A stretch of DNA of 55,301 nt from Candidatus Hadarchaeales archaeon (GCA_038842485.1 JAWBSP010000006.1:1-55301), one strand, 5' to 3'; shown: positions 27,614 to 37,935, counted from the stretch's first letter. Numbers and translations: made by a program. The notes: generated from the sequence alone by a model not told the origin.

Positions 27614-29854
27614 CTAGGTAGTCCTTCTGGTCTTCTTTGGATTCACATACCCGTAGTAATCCTTCAGGGTGCCGTAGTCCCTCGCTTGGATGAGATTGGT
27701 GACATCCTTCTTGATCGCGGATTCCAGTTCTTGTGAAAGCCCCCAACCAGCGGGAAGAACCAGAGGGTTCATTTTAACCTGTCTCGCAGGTAAGGCACGC
27801 GTCTGTGGCTGTTCCTTCTTGCCGATGTAGAAGTTATATTCATAGCAGATAGATCCCCCAATACCAACATACTCTCGTCCTTGTCCGGTGAGTGGGTAGG
27901 GGGGCTCCGTGTAGGGGTTGTTCGCCAGGGGTTTCGGCTTCTCGTTCCTGCTCCCGACCCATCCCAGGGGATTCCTGTTCACCAAGGTCTTCTCCGTCCT
28001 GCTGGGGGGAGACGAAGGTGCGGTCCCCCCGACGAGGAAGACCCTGTTCTCCACGGGCCTGCCGTTCCCGTCCCACCCCCTCACCTCGAACCCGTAGGTC
28101 CCCAGCCAGGGGATGGAGCACCTGAAGGGGACCCTGACGGTTCCGCGGTTGAGGAGGGCCTCGTACCTCCCCGTCCCGACCGAGGCGGTCGGTGCGAGGG
28201 GAACCACCTCTATCCTCGCCGTGTTCTCGTAGCCGTTCCTGGGGACGATCCTGATCCCGGCCTCGGCCTCGGGAAGGCTCAGGGTGTGGAAGCGGTGCAC
28301 CAGGTGGTAGTTGTCCAGGGTCTTCACGAGGATCCTGTACTTGGTGACCCTGACGTTCGAGTACCTGCGGGTCGAGCTGTTCTTCGGTTCGGAGGCGAAG
28401 GTCTGCCTGCCCTTCGGGACCCAGCCGTAGATGCAGCGATCTCCGACGTATACCCTTTTCAGCTTTTGCCTGTAGCAGTACCAGTAGTACCTCTCCACGG
28501 TCTCCTTATAGGAGTTGCCGGTCTTCACCCAGCTCACCGTCGTTGTGAAGCTCTTCCCGTGATCCTTATTGCACACGACCCAGAAGTGATCGTAGTAATT
28601 GATGCTCTCGTACCACCATTTTCCCCCTTGCTTATGGTGGTATTTCACCGTCGCCTGGAAGCTCTCGGGCGGGCCCTCCCCCCATCTCGTGTCCAGATCT
28701 ACTATCTCCCCCTGAGGGCAGGTGCCCCTGTACTCGTAGTAGGTGATGGTTTCATATTCTAGCACCCCTTTCTTCATGTTCTCGTACCACTGGTCTCCAA
28801 CCTGGTACGGGCCGGAGTAGTAGGTCCCGGTCTTGCGGTCTGGATTGGGCAGCTTGCAAAGGAACTCCCAGTCCCCGACGGGATCGTAACGGTAGACGAG
28901 TTCCTTGCTGGTGACCCCCCACTCCTCGACATCGGCCTCCCACTCGCAGGGCTCCAGCTTGGTATCCGGGCCGAGGGTCAGGCCGGAGGTGGCCTCCGCG
29001 TAAACCGGCTGCCAGTCCGTGACGGGGCAGGTCCCGAGGGGGTAGGCAAGAACATCCCCTTCTTTGAAGGGTGGCCAAGACCCATAGTTCCGCCAGTCCT
29101 CGTCCGGGGGCAGGGTCTCCTCGATGGTTACCCCAGCCCATGTGTAGGTTATCCTCCACCCATCGTGCCACTCTTCACCATCCGTGAAGCTCTCCCCCTG
29201 CCAAGTGTGGAGGTAGACGGTCCCCTCGTCCTTCAGCTCCCAGTCGCTCCAACCGATGGTTATCCCTATCGGCCAATTGAACTTGAGGGTGATGTGCCTG
29301 ACTTCGTGCTTGTAGCGGTAGACGGGGAGATTTCTCCGCCTCCGGTACCCGATCAGGACCTTCTCGGCACGTTCGAGATCCTCCGCCGAAACGACCATGT
29401 TCTCCACCCAGTTCTCCTCCTCGACGTTCCCCAGGTCCACCACCCGCTCCTGCCATGAGCCCTGAACCGTCACATTCTCGGGCTCGAGGTCGAAGGGGTC
29501 GTACTCCAAGCCCGCCTCAACGTACCGGTAGCCCGCGACTCCGATCTCCCCCGAGAGCCTCTTGTTTTCGTAACCCGGGTGGCCGAAGCCCAGCTCGTAG
29601 CTGAAATTCTCCCGCTGGAGGATGAACCTGAACCTCCCGTCCTCATCAGCCCGACCCCAGACGAGGTTCTCCCCCGAAACCGAGAGGAGCCTTAACGAAA
29701 CGCTGGCTGGAAGGGGTTCCCCGCTTGCCCCGTCAAAAACCCTTCCCTCGATCACGGGATAAAGCCTCACCACGTATGCGCACGGCTCCCACTGGTAGGC
29801 GGCCGCGCAGGCCGGCACGAGCGCGAGGAGTAGGAGGGGCGCGAGGATCCTCAT
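27614..29854 (-). CDS. Secreted protein with signal peptide and carboxypeptidase-regulatory-like (Ig/transthyretin) N-terminal domain
   Basis: MRILAPLLLLALVPACAAA signal; IEGRVFDGASGEPLPASV...ADEDGRF...HPGY pattern; remainder is Tyr/Trp/Cys-rich. Confidence 0.65.
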   Translation of the reverse strand: MRILAPLLLLALVPACAAAYQWEPCAYVVRLYPVIEGRVFDGASGEPLPASVSLRLLSVSGENLVWGRADEDGRFRFILQRENFSYELGFGHPGYENKRLSGEIGVAGYRYVEAGLEYDPFDLEPENVTVQGSWQERVVDLGNVEEENWVENMVVSAEDLERAEKVLIGYRRRRNLPVYRYKHEVRHITLKFNWPIGITIGWSDWELKDEGTVYLHTWQGESFTDGEEWHDGWRITYTWAGVTIEETLPPDEDWRNYGSWPPFKEGDVLAYPLGTCPVTDWQPVYAEATSGLTLGPDTKLEPCEWEADVEEWGVTSKELVYRYDPVGDWEFLCKLPNPDRKTGTYYSGPYQVGDQWYENMKKGVLEYETITYYEYRGTCPQGEIVDLDTRWGEGPPESFQATVKYHHKQGGKWWYESINYYDHFWVVCNKDHGKSFTTTVSWVKTGNSYKETVERYYWYCYRQKLKRVYVGDRCIYGWVPKGRQTFASEPKNSSTRRYSNVRVTKYRILVKTLDNYHLVHRFHTLSLPEAEAGIRIVPRNGYENTARIEVVPLAPTASVGTGRYEALLNRGTVRVPFRCSIPWLGTYGFEVRGWDGNGRPVENRVFLVGGTAPSSPPSRTEKTLVNRNPLGWVGSRNEKPKPLANNPYTEPPYPLTGQGREYVGIGGSICYEYNFYIGKKEQPQTRALPARQVKMNPLVLPAGWGLSQELESAIKKDVTNLIQARDYGTLKDYYGYVNPKKTRRTT

Positions 29855-29997
29855 AAAGTGATGGGACTGCGGGGAATATTTGAGTGAGAAGCTCGTCGGG
29901 CCCCGGCACTTACCGAATCGGTGTGTTCCTATATTTTATATTTCATTCTTCCCCTTGCCAAAGAAGCCATGGGGAGCTGAGGCACGGATCGGGGAGT

Positions 29998-30249
29998 CTA
30001 CCCTACCAGTTTGACTTCCTTGAGTTTGGCAATAATCTCCGAAACCGCAGGTTTGACCTGTTCCAGACTCAGACCGCTCTGGGAGGCCACCTCTTTCAGC
30101 ACCTCGTCCTCCGTCCTCTTCTCGCACATCTCCCAAACCACCACCACGACTTCGTGCACCTTGAAGACCTGCTTGTCTTCGTTGACGAGCAGTAGCGCAC
30201 CGTCCTCGCCTCTGAGCATCTGCCCCATCCGTTTGAGTTTTTCACCCAT
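29998..30249 (-). CDS. PqqD / RiPP recognition element-like protein
   Basis: 83 aa; beta-strands (LLLVN..VFKV), then VWEMCEKRTEDEV...IIAKLKEVKLV helices, the PqqD pattern. Confidence 0.6.
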   Translation of the reverse strand: MGEKLKRMGQMLRGEDGALLLVNEDKQVFKVHEVVVVVWEMCEKRTEDEVLKEVASQSGLSLEQVKPAVSEIIAKLKEVKLVG

Positions 30250-30293
30250 CGGTAAGGCATTTTATCCTTTAATATGGGCGGGGGCTCGGGCGA

Positions 30294-31079
30294 TTAGAGG
30301 ACGCTCTTCCCCCTGTTTAAGGAATCAAGCCTAGCAATGTCATCTTCCGGAAGCTCCCAGCCGAAAACCTGAAGGTTCTCCCTTAGGTGCTGCTCAGTGC
30401 TGGCCTTGGGGATCACGGCCGCACCCTTCTGAAGCGCCCACCGAAGGCAGACCTGGGCGGGCGTTTTCCTGTGCCTGCGCGCAATCTCCAGAACCACCGG
30501 GTCCTGAAGCACAACCTTCCTTCCGAGGGGGGAGTAGGCCGTCACGCTGATCTCATGTTTCCTGCAGAACTCCAGCACCTCCTTCTGGTATAGGTAGGGA
30601 TGAAACTCGATTTGGTTGTTCACTACCAGATCCCCCGCAACCTTAAGCGCTTCCCTCAGCTCCCGAATCCCGAAGTTGCTCACACCCACGCTCCGGACCG
30701 CTCCCCTTTTCTTCAGCTCCTCCATGGCTTCCAGCGTCTCGCGCACAGGAACCTCCTCGCTCGGCCAGTGGATGAGGTAGAGATCGAGGTAATCGGTGTC
30801 CAGCTCCTCAAGCGTCCTCTCGCATGCTTTCAGCGTTTCCTCATAGTGCAGGTGGTTCGTCCAAACCTTGGAGGTCACAAAGATTTCCGATCTCTCGAAG
30901 CCCTTGAGCGCCTCCCCAACCTCCCGCTGGTTGCCGTAGATCTCGGCCGTATCCACGTGCCGGTATCCCAGCTCAAGGGCGCGGCGCACCACTTTGGTGC
31001 AGAGGGGTCCGGTTAGCTGCCAAGTTCCCAGACCCAGCGCAGGCATGCGGTTTCCGTCCTTCAGCGCTATGGTTTCCAT
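30294..31079 (-). CDS. Aldo/keto reductase
   Basis: MPALGLGTW, GYRHVDTAEIYGN, DLYLIHWP, GVSNF, AYSPLG, IPKA. Likely start is METIALK at 31079. Confidence 0.93.
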   Translation of the reverse strand: METIALKDGNRMPALGLGTWQLTGPLCTKVVRRALELGYRHVDTAEIYGNQREVGEALKGFERSEIFVTSKVWTNHLHYEETLKACERTLEELDTDYLDLYLIHWPSEEVPVRETLEAMEELKKRGAVRSVGVSNFGIRELREALKVAGDLVVNNQIEFHPYLYQKEVLEFCRKHEISVTAYSPLGRKVVLQDPVVLEIARRHRKTPAQVCLRWALQKGAAVIPKASTEQHLRENLQVFGWELPEDDIARLDSLNRGKSVL

Positions 31080-31139
31080 CCACTTGGAGGAAGGCGACGA
31101 AAAACGCCTTCCCCTTTTACTGCAAACTCCAAACGAAGG

Positions 31140-31550
31140 ATGTATCCGGAGGATCTCTACTACACGCGGGAGCACGAATGGGTGAGGGTCGAGGGGAGGA
31201 TGGCGAGGGTGGGGGTGACAAGTTACGCGCAGCGGAAGCTGGGGGAGGTCGTCTACGTGGAGCTGCCGGAGGTTGGGAGGAGGGTTCGCCAGCTGGGTAG
31301 GGAGAAAACGAGGGAGATGGAGCTCGGGGCCGTGGAATCCATCAAGGCCGTCTCGGTGGTGTACAGCCCGCTCACGGGGGTGGTGAGGGAGGTCAACGAG
31401 GAGCTTAGGACCAAGCCGGAGCTGGTGAACTTGGATCCGTACGGGAGGGGATGGATATGCTTGCTGGAACCCGAGAGCCTCGAGGCGGAACTCCCCAACC
31501 TCATGAACTCCAAGTCCTATCGGGAGTACTTGGAGAAGCTTGGGGAATGA
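31140..31550 (+). CDS. gcvH: Glycine cleavage H protein
   Basis: YTREHEWV, lipoyl site VESIKAVS, VNLDPYGRGWI. Confidence 0.95.
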   Translation: MYPEDLYYTREHEWVRVEGRMARVGVTSYAQRKLGEVVYVELPEVGRRVRQLGREKTREMELGAVESIKAVSVVYSPLTGVVREVNEELRTKPELVNLDPYGRGWICLLEPESLEAELPNLMNSKSYREYLEKLGE

Positions 31551-32884
31551 ATCCATACCTTCCCACCCCCCTACCAGCACGCAGGGAGATGCTGAAGGAG
31601 CTGGGCCTTCGGGAGGTGGAGGAACTCTTCTCGGACATCCCCCCGTCCTGCAGGTCGGGGCCACCCGAGCTTCCCGCAAGGTCGGAGGAGGAGGTGATGA
31701 GGTTTTTCAGGGAGATCCTCTCAGAAAACATGACGCTGCGCTGCTTTGCTGGCGGAGGCGTGTGGCCCCACCACTCTCCCTCTCACGTGCGTTATCTGCT
31801 CGGGCTCCCAGGCTTTCGCACCTCCTACACCCCTTACCAGCCGGAAATTAACCAAGGTCTCCTTCAGGCGATATTTGAATATCAAAGCCTGATGGCCGAG
31901 CTTCTGGGCCTTGAGGTGGTCAACGCCTCCATGTACGACTGGGCCACAGCCCTGGGTGAGGCCGCCCTGATGTGCTCCCGCCTGACCGGCCGGAAGAGGT
32001 TCCTAGTTCCGCAGTGGATGGGTCCGGAAAGGTACTCCGTGCTCTTGAACTACGCCAAGGGGCCGGCGATTGAGGTGGTCAAGATCCCGCACCACCGGGA
32101 AACGGGGTGTTTGGATCTGGGGCAGCTGGAGCAGGAGCTGAAGGGTGAGGAGGCGGGAGTGTACCTTGAGAACCCCTCCTACCTGGGCGTGCTGGAAACT
32201 CAAGTTGAGGAGATCGCGGAGATGGTTCACCGCCACGGTGCGCTGTTTGTGGTGGGGGTGAATCCCATCAGTCTGGGCCTGCTCAGGGCTCCGGGGGATT
32301 ATGGGGCAGACATAGTGGTGGGAGAGGGGCAGCCTTTGGGGCTTCCGATGGCTTTTGGGGGTTTCTCGCTCGGGATTTTCGCCTGCAGGAAGGAGCTGGT
32401 CAGGCAGATGCCTGGCAGGCTGGTGGGTCTCACCAAAACCCTGGAAGGCGGGCGGGCCTTCTGTTTGGTCCTCCAGACGCGGGAGCAGCACATCAGAAGG
32501 GAGAGGGCGACTTCAAACATCTGCACGAACGAAACTCTCTGTGCCATCGGCGCCGCGATTTACCTCGCCTCGCTGGGGGCGGCCGGGCTGAGGAAGGTGG
32601 CCGAGAGGTGCGTCCTGAATGCGAGGTACCTCATGGGCGAGCTGCGGAAGATAGGCTTTCCTCCCCTCTTTGAGGCGCCCCATTTCAACGAGTTCGCCGT
32701 TCGCTGCCCGGTTCCCGCGGAGGAGCTCAACCGCAGGCTGCTCAGGTTTGGGGTGCTGGGAGGGAAACCCCTGAGGCGCCACTTCCCGGAACTCGGTGAT
32801 TCCGCGCTCGTGTGCGCGACGGAGCTCCACTCAAAGGAAGACCTCGACGGTTTCGTGAGGGCCCTGAAGGAGTGCGCGGCATGA
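31547..32884 (+). CDS. gcvPA: Glycine dehydrogenase subunit 1
   Basis: YTPYQPEINQGLLQAIFEYQS, NASMYD, LQTREQHIRRERATSNICTN. ATGA overlap at 31547. Confidence 0.95.
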   Translation: MNPYLPTPLPARREMLKELGLREVEELFSDIPPSCRSGPPELPARSEEEVMRFFREILSENMTLRCFAGGGVWPHHSPSHVRYLLGLPGFRTSYTPYQPEINQGLLQAIFEYQSLMAELLGLEVVNASMYDWATALGEAALMCSRLTGRKRFLVPQWMGPERYSVLLNYAKGPAIEVVKIPHHRETGCLDLGQLEQELKGEEAGVYLENPSYLGVLETQVEEIAEMVHRHGALFVVGVNPISLGLLRAPGDYGADIVVGEGQPLGLPMAFGGFSLGIFACRKELVRQMPGRLVGLTKTLEGGRAFCLVLQTREQHIRRERATSNICTNETLCAIGAAIYLASLGAAGLRKVAERCVLNARYLMGELRKIGFPPLFEAPHFNEFAVRCPVPAEELNRRLLRFGVLGGKPLRRHFPELGDSALVCATELHSKEDLDGFVRALKECAA

Positions 32885-34359
32885 GCTACCGGCAGGCGAG
32901 GTGGGAGGAACCCCTGGTGTTCGAGCTCGGGGGGAGGGAGGATTTCGCCCCAGATTTTGAGGCGCTGGGAATCCCCGAGGCGCTGAGAAGGGAAAAACTG
33001 GGGATCCCGCGGGTGTCTGAGCCGGAAGTGGTCAGGCATTACACTAGGCTGGCGGAGATGAGCTTCGGGAGGGATTCGGGTTTCTATCCTCTGGGCTCCT
33101 GCACCATGAAGTACAACCCCCTTTTCTGCGAGGAACTGGCGCAGGGGGAGGGAGTGCTATATCTTCATCCAGACCAGCCGGAGGAGAGCATCCAGGGCGT
33201 GCTGAAACTCCTCCACCTTCTCGCGTCCCTGCTGGCCGAGATAGGGGGCATGCACAAGGTTTCCCTGCAGCCAGCCGCCGGGGCCCACGGTGAGTTCGTT
33301 TCGATGCTCATAGTCAGGGCCTACCACGAATCCCGGGGGGAGGTCCAGAGAAAGGAGGTGATCGTTCCCGACTCTGCGCACGGAACGAATCCGGCGAGCG
33401 CGGCCATGGCGGGTTTTGAGGTGGTGGTGGTCCCCTCTGATGCAAGGGGAAGGGTGGATCTCCAAGCCCTGCGCGCCGCGGTTTCAGAGCGCACCGCAGC
33501 CATGATGCTCACCAATCCCAACACGCTCGGGCTGTTTGAGGACAGAATTCTGGAGATAGTGGAACTGGTTCACGGGGTTGGGGCGCTCATGTTCTACGAC
33601 GGCGCCAATCTCAACGGCATCATGGGTAGGGCGAGACCGGGGGACATGGGGTTCGATCTCGTTCACTTCAATCTGCATAAAACGTTCGGAACTCCCCACG
33701 GCGGCGGCGGTCCCGGTGCCGGGCCGGTTGGAGTGAGAAAGGGTCTTGAGGACTTTTTACCAGTGCCGACCATCGAGCGGGATGCAAAGGGCAGATACTA
33801 TCTGGACTACGACAGACCCAAGTCCATTGGGTGGGTTCGCCACTCACCGGGTAGCCTCCCTGTGCTTCTGAAGGCTCTCGCATACCTCCTGAGGCTCGGG
33901 GGGGAGGGGCTGAGGGAGGCCTCCGAAGTTGCCGTTTTGAACGCAAACTATCTGGCCAAAAAACTCTCCACCCTGAAGGGTCTAGAACTCAGGTTTCCAC
34001 TCCCCTGCAAGCACGAATTCGTGTTGAGCGCCGAGCCCCTCAAGCGGGAGACGGGCGTGGGGGCAAGGGAGCTTGCGAAGGGACTGATGGACTTTGGGTT
34101 TCATCCCCCCACCTGCTACTTCCCCTCCATCGTTCCCGAGGCACTCATGATCGAGCCAACGGAAACCGAGAGTAAGGAAGAATTGGATAGGTTCGCCGAG
34201 GCCATGAGAAAACTCGTCGAGAAGGCGAGATCGGAGCCCGACCAATTCAAAACCCTGCCCAGAGGTGCCTCGGTGGGAAGGGTGGATGAGGTCACCGCCT
34301 CCAGAGCTCCCGTGCTCAGCTGGATGATGATGCGCCAGCAGGCTGTCCAAACTGCATGA
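32881..34359 (+). CDS. gcvPB: Glycine dehydrogenase subunit 2
   Basis: YPLGSCTMKYNP, SAHGTNPAS, HFNLHKTFGTPHGGGGPG, IEPTETES. Confidence 0.95.
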   Translation: MSYRQARWEEPLVFELGGREDFAPDFEALGIPEALRREKLGIPRVSEPEVVRHYTRLAEMSFGRDSGFYPLGSCTMKYNPLFCEELAQGEGVLYLHPDQPEESIQGVLKLLHLLASLLAEIGGMHKVSLQPAAGAHGEFVSMLIVRAYHESRGEVQRKEVIVPDSAHGTNPASAAMAGFEVVVVPSDARGRVDLQALRAAVSERTAAMMLTNPNTLGLFEDRILEIVELVHGVGALMFYDGANLNGIMGRARPGDMGFDLVHFNLHKTFGTPHGGGGPGAGPVGVRKGLEDFLPVPTIERDAKGRYYLDYDRPKSIGWVRHSPGSLPVLLKALAYLLRLGGEGLREASEVAVLNANYLAKKLSTLKGLELRFPLPCKHEFVLSAEPLKRETGVGARELAKGLMDFGFHPPTCYFPSIVPEALMIEPTETESKEELDRFAEAMRKLVEKARSEPDQFKTLPRGASVGRVDEVTASRAPVLSWMMMRQQAVQTA

Positions 34360-34389
34360 CTTCGTTTTACGGCACCTCCGGAGAGTAAG

Positions 34390-35481
34390 ATGGAAACCAG
34401 CGGCCCGCTAAACAGGCTCCCCCTACACGAGTGGCACCGCTCCAGGGCCCAGATGTTCGAGTTTGCGGGCTGGGAGATGCCCCTGCAGTACACCGGCATT
34501 AAGGAGGAGCACATGTGCGTCAGGGAGAGGGTGGGACTTTTTGATATCTCGCATATGGGAAGGCTCAGGATAACCGGGCCCGATGCGGAGGAAAAGCTGG
34601 ATAGGCTCCTCACGAGGAGCGTCGGTGGAATGCCAGAGGGGAGCTGCAGGTATTCATGTATGTGCAACGAGCGTGGAGGAATCATAGATGATGTGGTGGT
34701 TTCCAGACTGGGGAAGGAGGATTTTCTGGTGGTGGTGAACGCCGCCACGAGAGAGAAGGATCTCGCTTGGATGGAGAGGAACGGGATCAGGCCTGAGGAT
34801 CTCACGTTCCGGACCTTCATGTTCGCCCTGCAAGGACCGCTTTCGGAGAGCGTGCTCGGAAGGTTCGCGCCCCTGCCTGAGAAACGCTTCACTCTCATCA
34901 GGGTTAAAATGCTGGGCGCCGAGCTGATGCTCTCTAGGACGGGGTACACGGGTGAGGACGGGTTTGAGCTGATCGGACCTAGGGAGGTGGCCGCAAAGGT
35001 CTGGGCTCTGCTTCTGGAAGGAGGGGAGGAATTCGGCATCCAGCCATGCGGGCTTGGGGCAAGGGATACCCTCAGGCTCGAGGCCGGGTACTGTCTGTAC
35101 GGGGAGGACATAAACGAGGACACCACACCGCTGGAGGCGAGGCTTGAGTGGGCTGTGAATCTGGAGAAGGACTTCATCGGCAGGGAATCCCTTTTGAGGC
35201 AGAAGGAGGAGGGATTGAAGACGGTAAGGGTGGGCTTCATCTCGGAGGCAATTCCGAGGAGGGGATACATGCTCGAAGCGGAGGAGGGACAGGGGAGGGT
35301 GACGAGTGGCTCCTACTCGCCTCTTCTGAGAAAGGGGGTGGGGATGGGCTACATCAGCCCTCAGTGCTCGACGCCCGGGAGCAGGCTGACTTTGTGGGTC
35401 CGGGGAAGGGGTTTTCCGGCCACGGTGGCAGAGTTTCCCTTCTACGATCCTGCGAGGTATGGCTATACAAGGAAAAAATAA
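34390..35481 (+). CDS. gcvT: Aminomethyltransferase (T protein)
   Basis: FAGWEMPLQY, LFDISHMG, SRTGYTGEDGFE, GLGARDTLRLEAG. Confidence 0.95.
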   Translation: METSGPLNRLPLHEWHRSRAQMFEFAGWEMPLQYTGIKEEHMCVRERVGLFDISHMGRLRITGPDAEEKLDRLLTRSVGGMPEGSCRYSCMCNERGGIIDDVVVSRLGKEDFLVVVNAATREKDLAWMERNGIRPEDLTFRTFMFALQGPLSESVLGRFAPLPEKRFTLIRVKMLGAELMLSRTGYTGEDGFELIGPREVAAKVWALLLEGGEEFGIQPCGLGARDTLRLEAGYCLYGEDINEDTTPLEARLEWAVNLEKDFIGRESLLRQKEEGLKTVRVGFISEAIPRRGYMLEAEEGQGRVTSGSYSPLLRKGVGMGYISPQCSTPGSRLTLWVRGRGFPATVAEFPFYDPARYGYTRKK

Positions 35482-36565
35482 GGTGGGGCTCATCGTCAAC
35501 CCCATCGCGGGAATGGGGGGGAGGGTGGGGCTGAAGGGGACAGACGGGGAGGAAGTACTTGCCAGAGCCCTAGCTCTCGGGGCGCGGCCAGTTTCGCCCT
35601 CCAGAGCAGTGGATTTTTTGCGGGAACTCCTGAGACGGAGGGTTCCAAGGCTCCTGACCCCTGCTGGACAGATGGGTGAGGAGGAGGCCAAGGAGGCGGG
35701 CATGCAGCCAGAAGTGATAGGGAGGATTTACGGCAGAACCTCAGCGGAGGACACCAAGCGCGCGGCTCGTGAGATGGTGAAGCTCGGTGTTGATTTGATC
35801 GTGTTCGTGGGAGGGGATGGAACCGCGAGGGATGTGCTGGACGTGGTAGGATCCTCCCTCCCCGTTCTTGGCGTGCCCAGCGGTGTTAAGAATCACTCCG
35901 CGGTCTTTGCCTCCTCCCCCTCGGCTGCGGCAGAACTGGTTGACAGGTTCTTGGGAGGGGGACTGCCGGTGGAGGAGGCGGAGGTTCTGGATGTGGACGA
36001 AGAGGCGTACAGGTCGGGGGAGCTGAGGGTGAAGCTATACGGGTACCTGCGCGTCCCTTACGAGCCGGTTCTGATGCCCGGGTGCAAGGAGGTGAGTGCC
36101 GAGGAGGAAAGCGAGCAGCAGGCCGCAATCGCCAAGTATGTGAAGGAGTTGATGCAACCGGGCGTGAGTTACATCCTGGGCCCGGGAACCACCACGGCAG
36201 CGGTGGCAAGCGAGCTTGGGGTGGAGAAGACCTTGCTGGGTGTGGACATCGTTAGGGAGGGGGAACTTGTGGCGAAGGATGTAAACGAGGAGGGCCTCCT
36301 GAGGGAGGCTGGGCCGTGCGTGATAATAGTTTCGCCCATCGGCGGTCAGGGTTTCATCCTGGGCAGGGGCAACCAGCAGATAAGCCCTCGGGTGGTGAGA
36401 AAGGCGGGGATCGAGAACCTTTGGATTGTCGCCACACCCAAGAAGCTGCAGGAAACCCCGGTCCTAAGGGTCGACACGACCGACGCGGAACTGGATGAGC
36501 AGCTGAGGGGATACAGGAGGGTGATAACTGGGTACCGTCAGTGGCGCGTCTGCAAGGTTTTGTGA
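35459..36565 (+). CDS. ATP-NAD/AcoX kinase family protein
   Basis: VNPIAGMGGRVGLKGTDG, GGDGTARD, GVPSGVK, GRGNQQIS. Confidence 0.85.
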   Translation: MAIQGKNKVGLIVNPIAGMGGRVGLKGTDGEEVLARALALGARPVSPSRAVDFLRELLRRRVPRLLTPAGQMGEEEAKEAGMQPEVIGRIYGRTSAEDTKRAAREMVKLGVDLIVFVGGDGTARDVLDVVGSSLPVLGVPSGVKNHSAVFASSPSAAAELVDRFLGGGLPVEEAEVLDVDEEAYRSGELRVKLYGYLRVPYEPVLMPGCKEVSAEEESEQQAAIAKYVKELMQPGVSYILGPGTTTAAVASELGVEKTLLGVDIVREGELVAKDVNEEGLLREAGPCVIIVSPIGGQGFILGRGNQQISPRVVRKAGIENLWIVATPKKLQETPVLRVDTTDAELDEQLRGYRRVITGYRQWRVCKVL

Positions 36566-37896
36566 ATTCTCTGGAGCTTCCTGAGCAGCACTTCGGAGAG
36601 CGCGCATAGGGGTTCAACTGCCTCCCCCGTCAGCGGGTGGTAGCCCGTCTCCATGGACGCCAGCCATCCGACATCCTTCCCCGAGGCGATGAGGGAACTC
36701 AGCATCTGTGCCCTGAGCTGGGCCTCGGCTGGGCCTATGATCTGTCCCCCTATCAACCTCCCATCGCGTGCCGAGATCAGCTTGATTCTAAGCCTGAGTT
36801 TCTCGGGGCTGTATCTGGGCCTGCAGTCCATCTCGGCGGAGACCGAGACGCACTCAATCCCGAGCCTTCCAGCTCTCCTCTCGGTCAGCCCCGTAGAGGC
36901 TATTTCCAGTCCTGGCAGCCTGCACACGAGATTTCCCACGAGAGGGGGAAAAATTGCGCTCCCGCCTGCCGCGTTTATCCCTGCGACTCTCCCCTGTCTC
37001 ACCGCTGTGGTACCGAGCTGACTTGAAACCGCCCCCCCGAAATGGGACGGGGCCACCGCGCAGTCGCCGGCGGCATATATTCCCTCCCTGCTTGTTTCCA
37101 TCCTTTCGTTCACGAGGATTCCCCTCGTCTGCTCGTCGATCTTCAGGCCGATGCGTTGCGCGAGTTCGATTTGCGGCCGCGTTCCAACGGCCACGATTGC
37201 AAGCCCGCAGGCTAGATGCTTTCCGCCAGCCACCACCCCCTCGACTTTACCGGAGCCTTCCACGGCCTCGAGCGGTGAGTTTAGGAGGAGGTGAATACCC
37301 TTCTTCGCCAGATGCTCCTCTACCTCTCGGGACATCTCCGGATCTAGCCAGCCCTCCAAAACTTGGGGGAATCTCTCAACCACCCTAACTTCCAAACCCC
37401 TCTGGTTGAGGGCAGACGCAACCTCTAATCCGATGGCCCCCGCTCCCACGATCACCGCTGAGCGATGCGATTCCATCGCCTCCGAAATTTTGATGGCATC
37501 CTCCAAACTTCTGAGCACAAACACATTTTCAAGGTCAACACCCGGCACGGAGGGAATCACCGGTAACGATCCAGTACACAGAATCAGCGAGTCATAGTGG
37601 ATCTCCTGCGGATTGCTCCCTCCCAGTCTCACTTTTTTCGCGCCCGCTTCCACTTCCTCCACGGGACTCTGTAGAAGAAGCTCGAGCCTGTTCAGCCTGT
37701 ACCAATCAGGGCTGGCGAACAGCAAATCCTCCGGTTTCTTGACCTCGCCGCTCAGGAGGAGGGGGAGGCCGCACCGGGAATAGGCCGGAAACCGCCCTCC
37801 CTCGGCAATGATGATTTCCGCGTCCGGGTTGGTCCTCCTCGCGTAGCTTGCAGCCGTCAGGCCAGCTGCCCCGCACCCAGCAATTACTATCCTCAC
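36538..37896 (-). CDS. FAD-dependent pyridine nucleotide-disulfide oxidoreductase (CoA-disulfide reductase / NADH oxidase-like)
   Basis: GCGAAG FAD motif, single-Cys YSRCGLP, GAGAIGLE, YAAGDC. Start set to GTG 37896. Confidence 0.85.
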   Translation of the reverse strand: MRIVIAGCGAAGLTAASYARRTNPDAEIIIAEGGRFPAYSRCGLPLLLSGEVKKPEDLLFASPDWYRLNRLELLLQSPVEEVEAGAKKVRLGGSNPQEIHYDSLILCTGSLPVIPSVPGVDLENVFVLRSLEDAIKISEAMESHRSAVIVGAGAIGLEVASALNQRGLEVRVVERFPQVLEGWLDPEMSREVEEHLAKKGIHLLLNSPLEAVEGSGKVEGVVAGGKHLACGLAIVAVGTRPQIELAQRIGLKIDEQTRGILVNERMETSREGIYAAGDCAVAPSHFGGAVSSQLGTTAVRQGRVAGINAAGGSAIFPPLVGNLVCRLPGLEIASTGLTERRAGRLGIECVSVSAEMDCRPRYSPEKLRLRIKLISARDGRLIGGQIIGPAEAQLRAQMLSSLIASGKDVGWLASMETGYHPLTGEAVEPLCALSEVLLRKLQRIHKTLQTRH

Positions 37897-37935
37897 GAAA
37901 GTCTCGCTCTTTTTCCTTAAACTACCAGCACTGAA

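Noticed and set aside
30294-31679. 461-aa version of the aldo/keto reductase
   Set aside because: The extension is antisense to gcvH/gcvPA; the family N-terminus starts at 31079.
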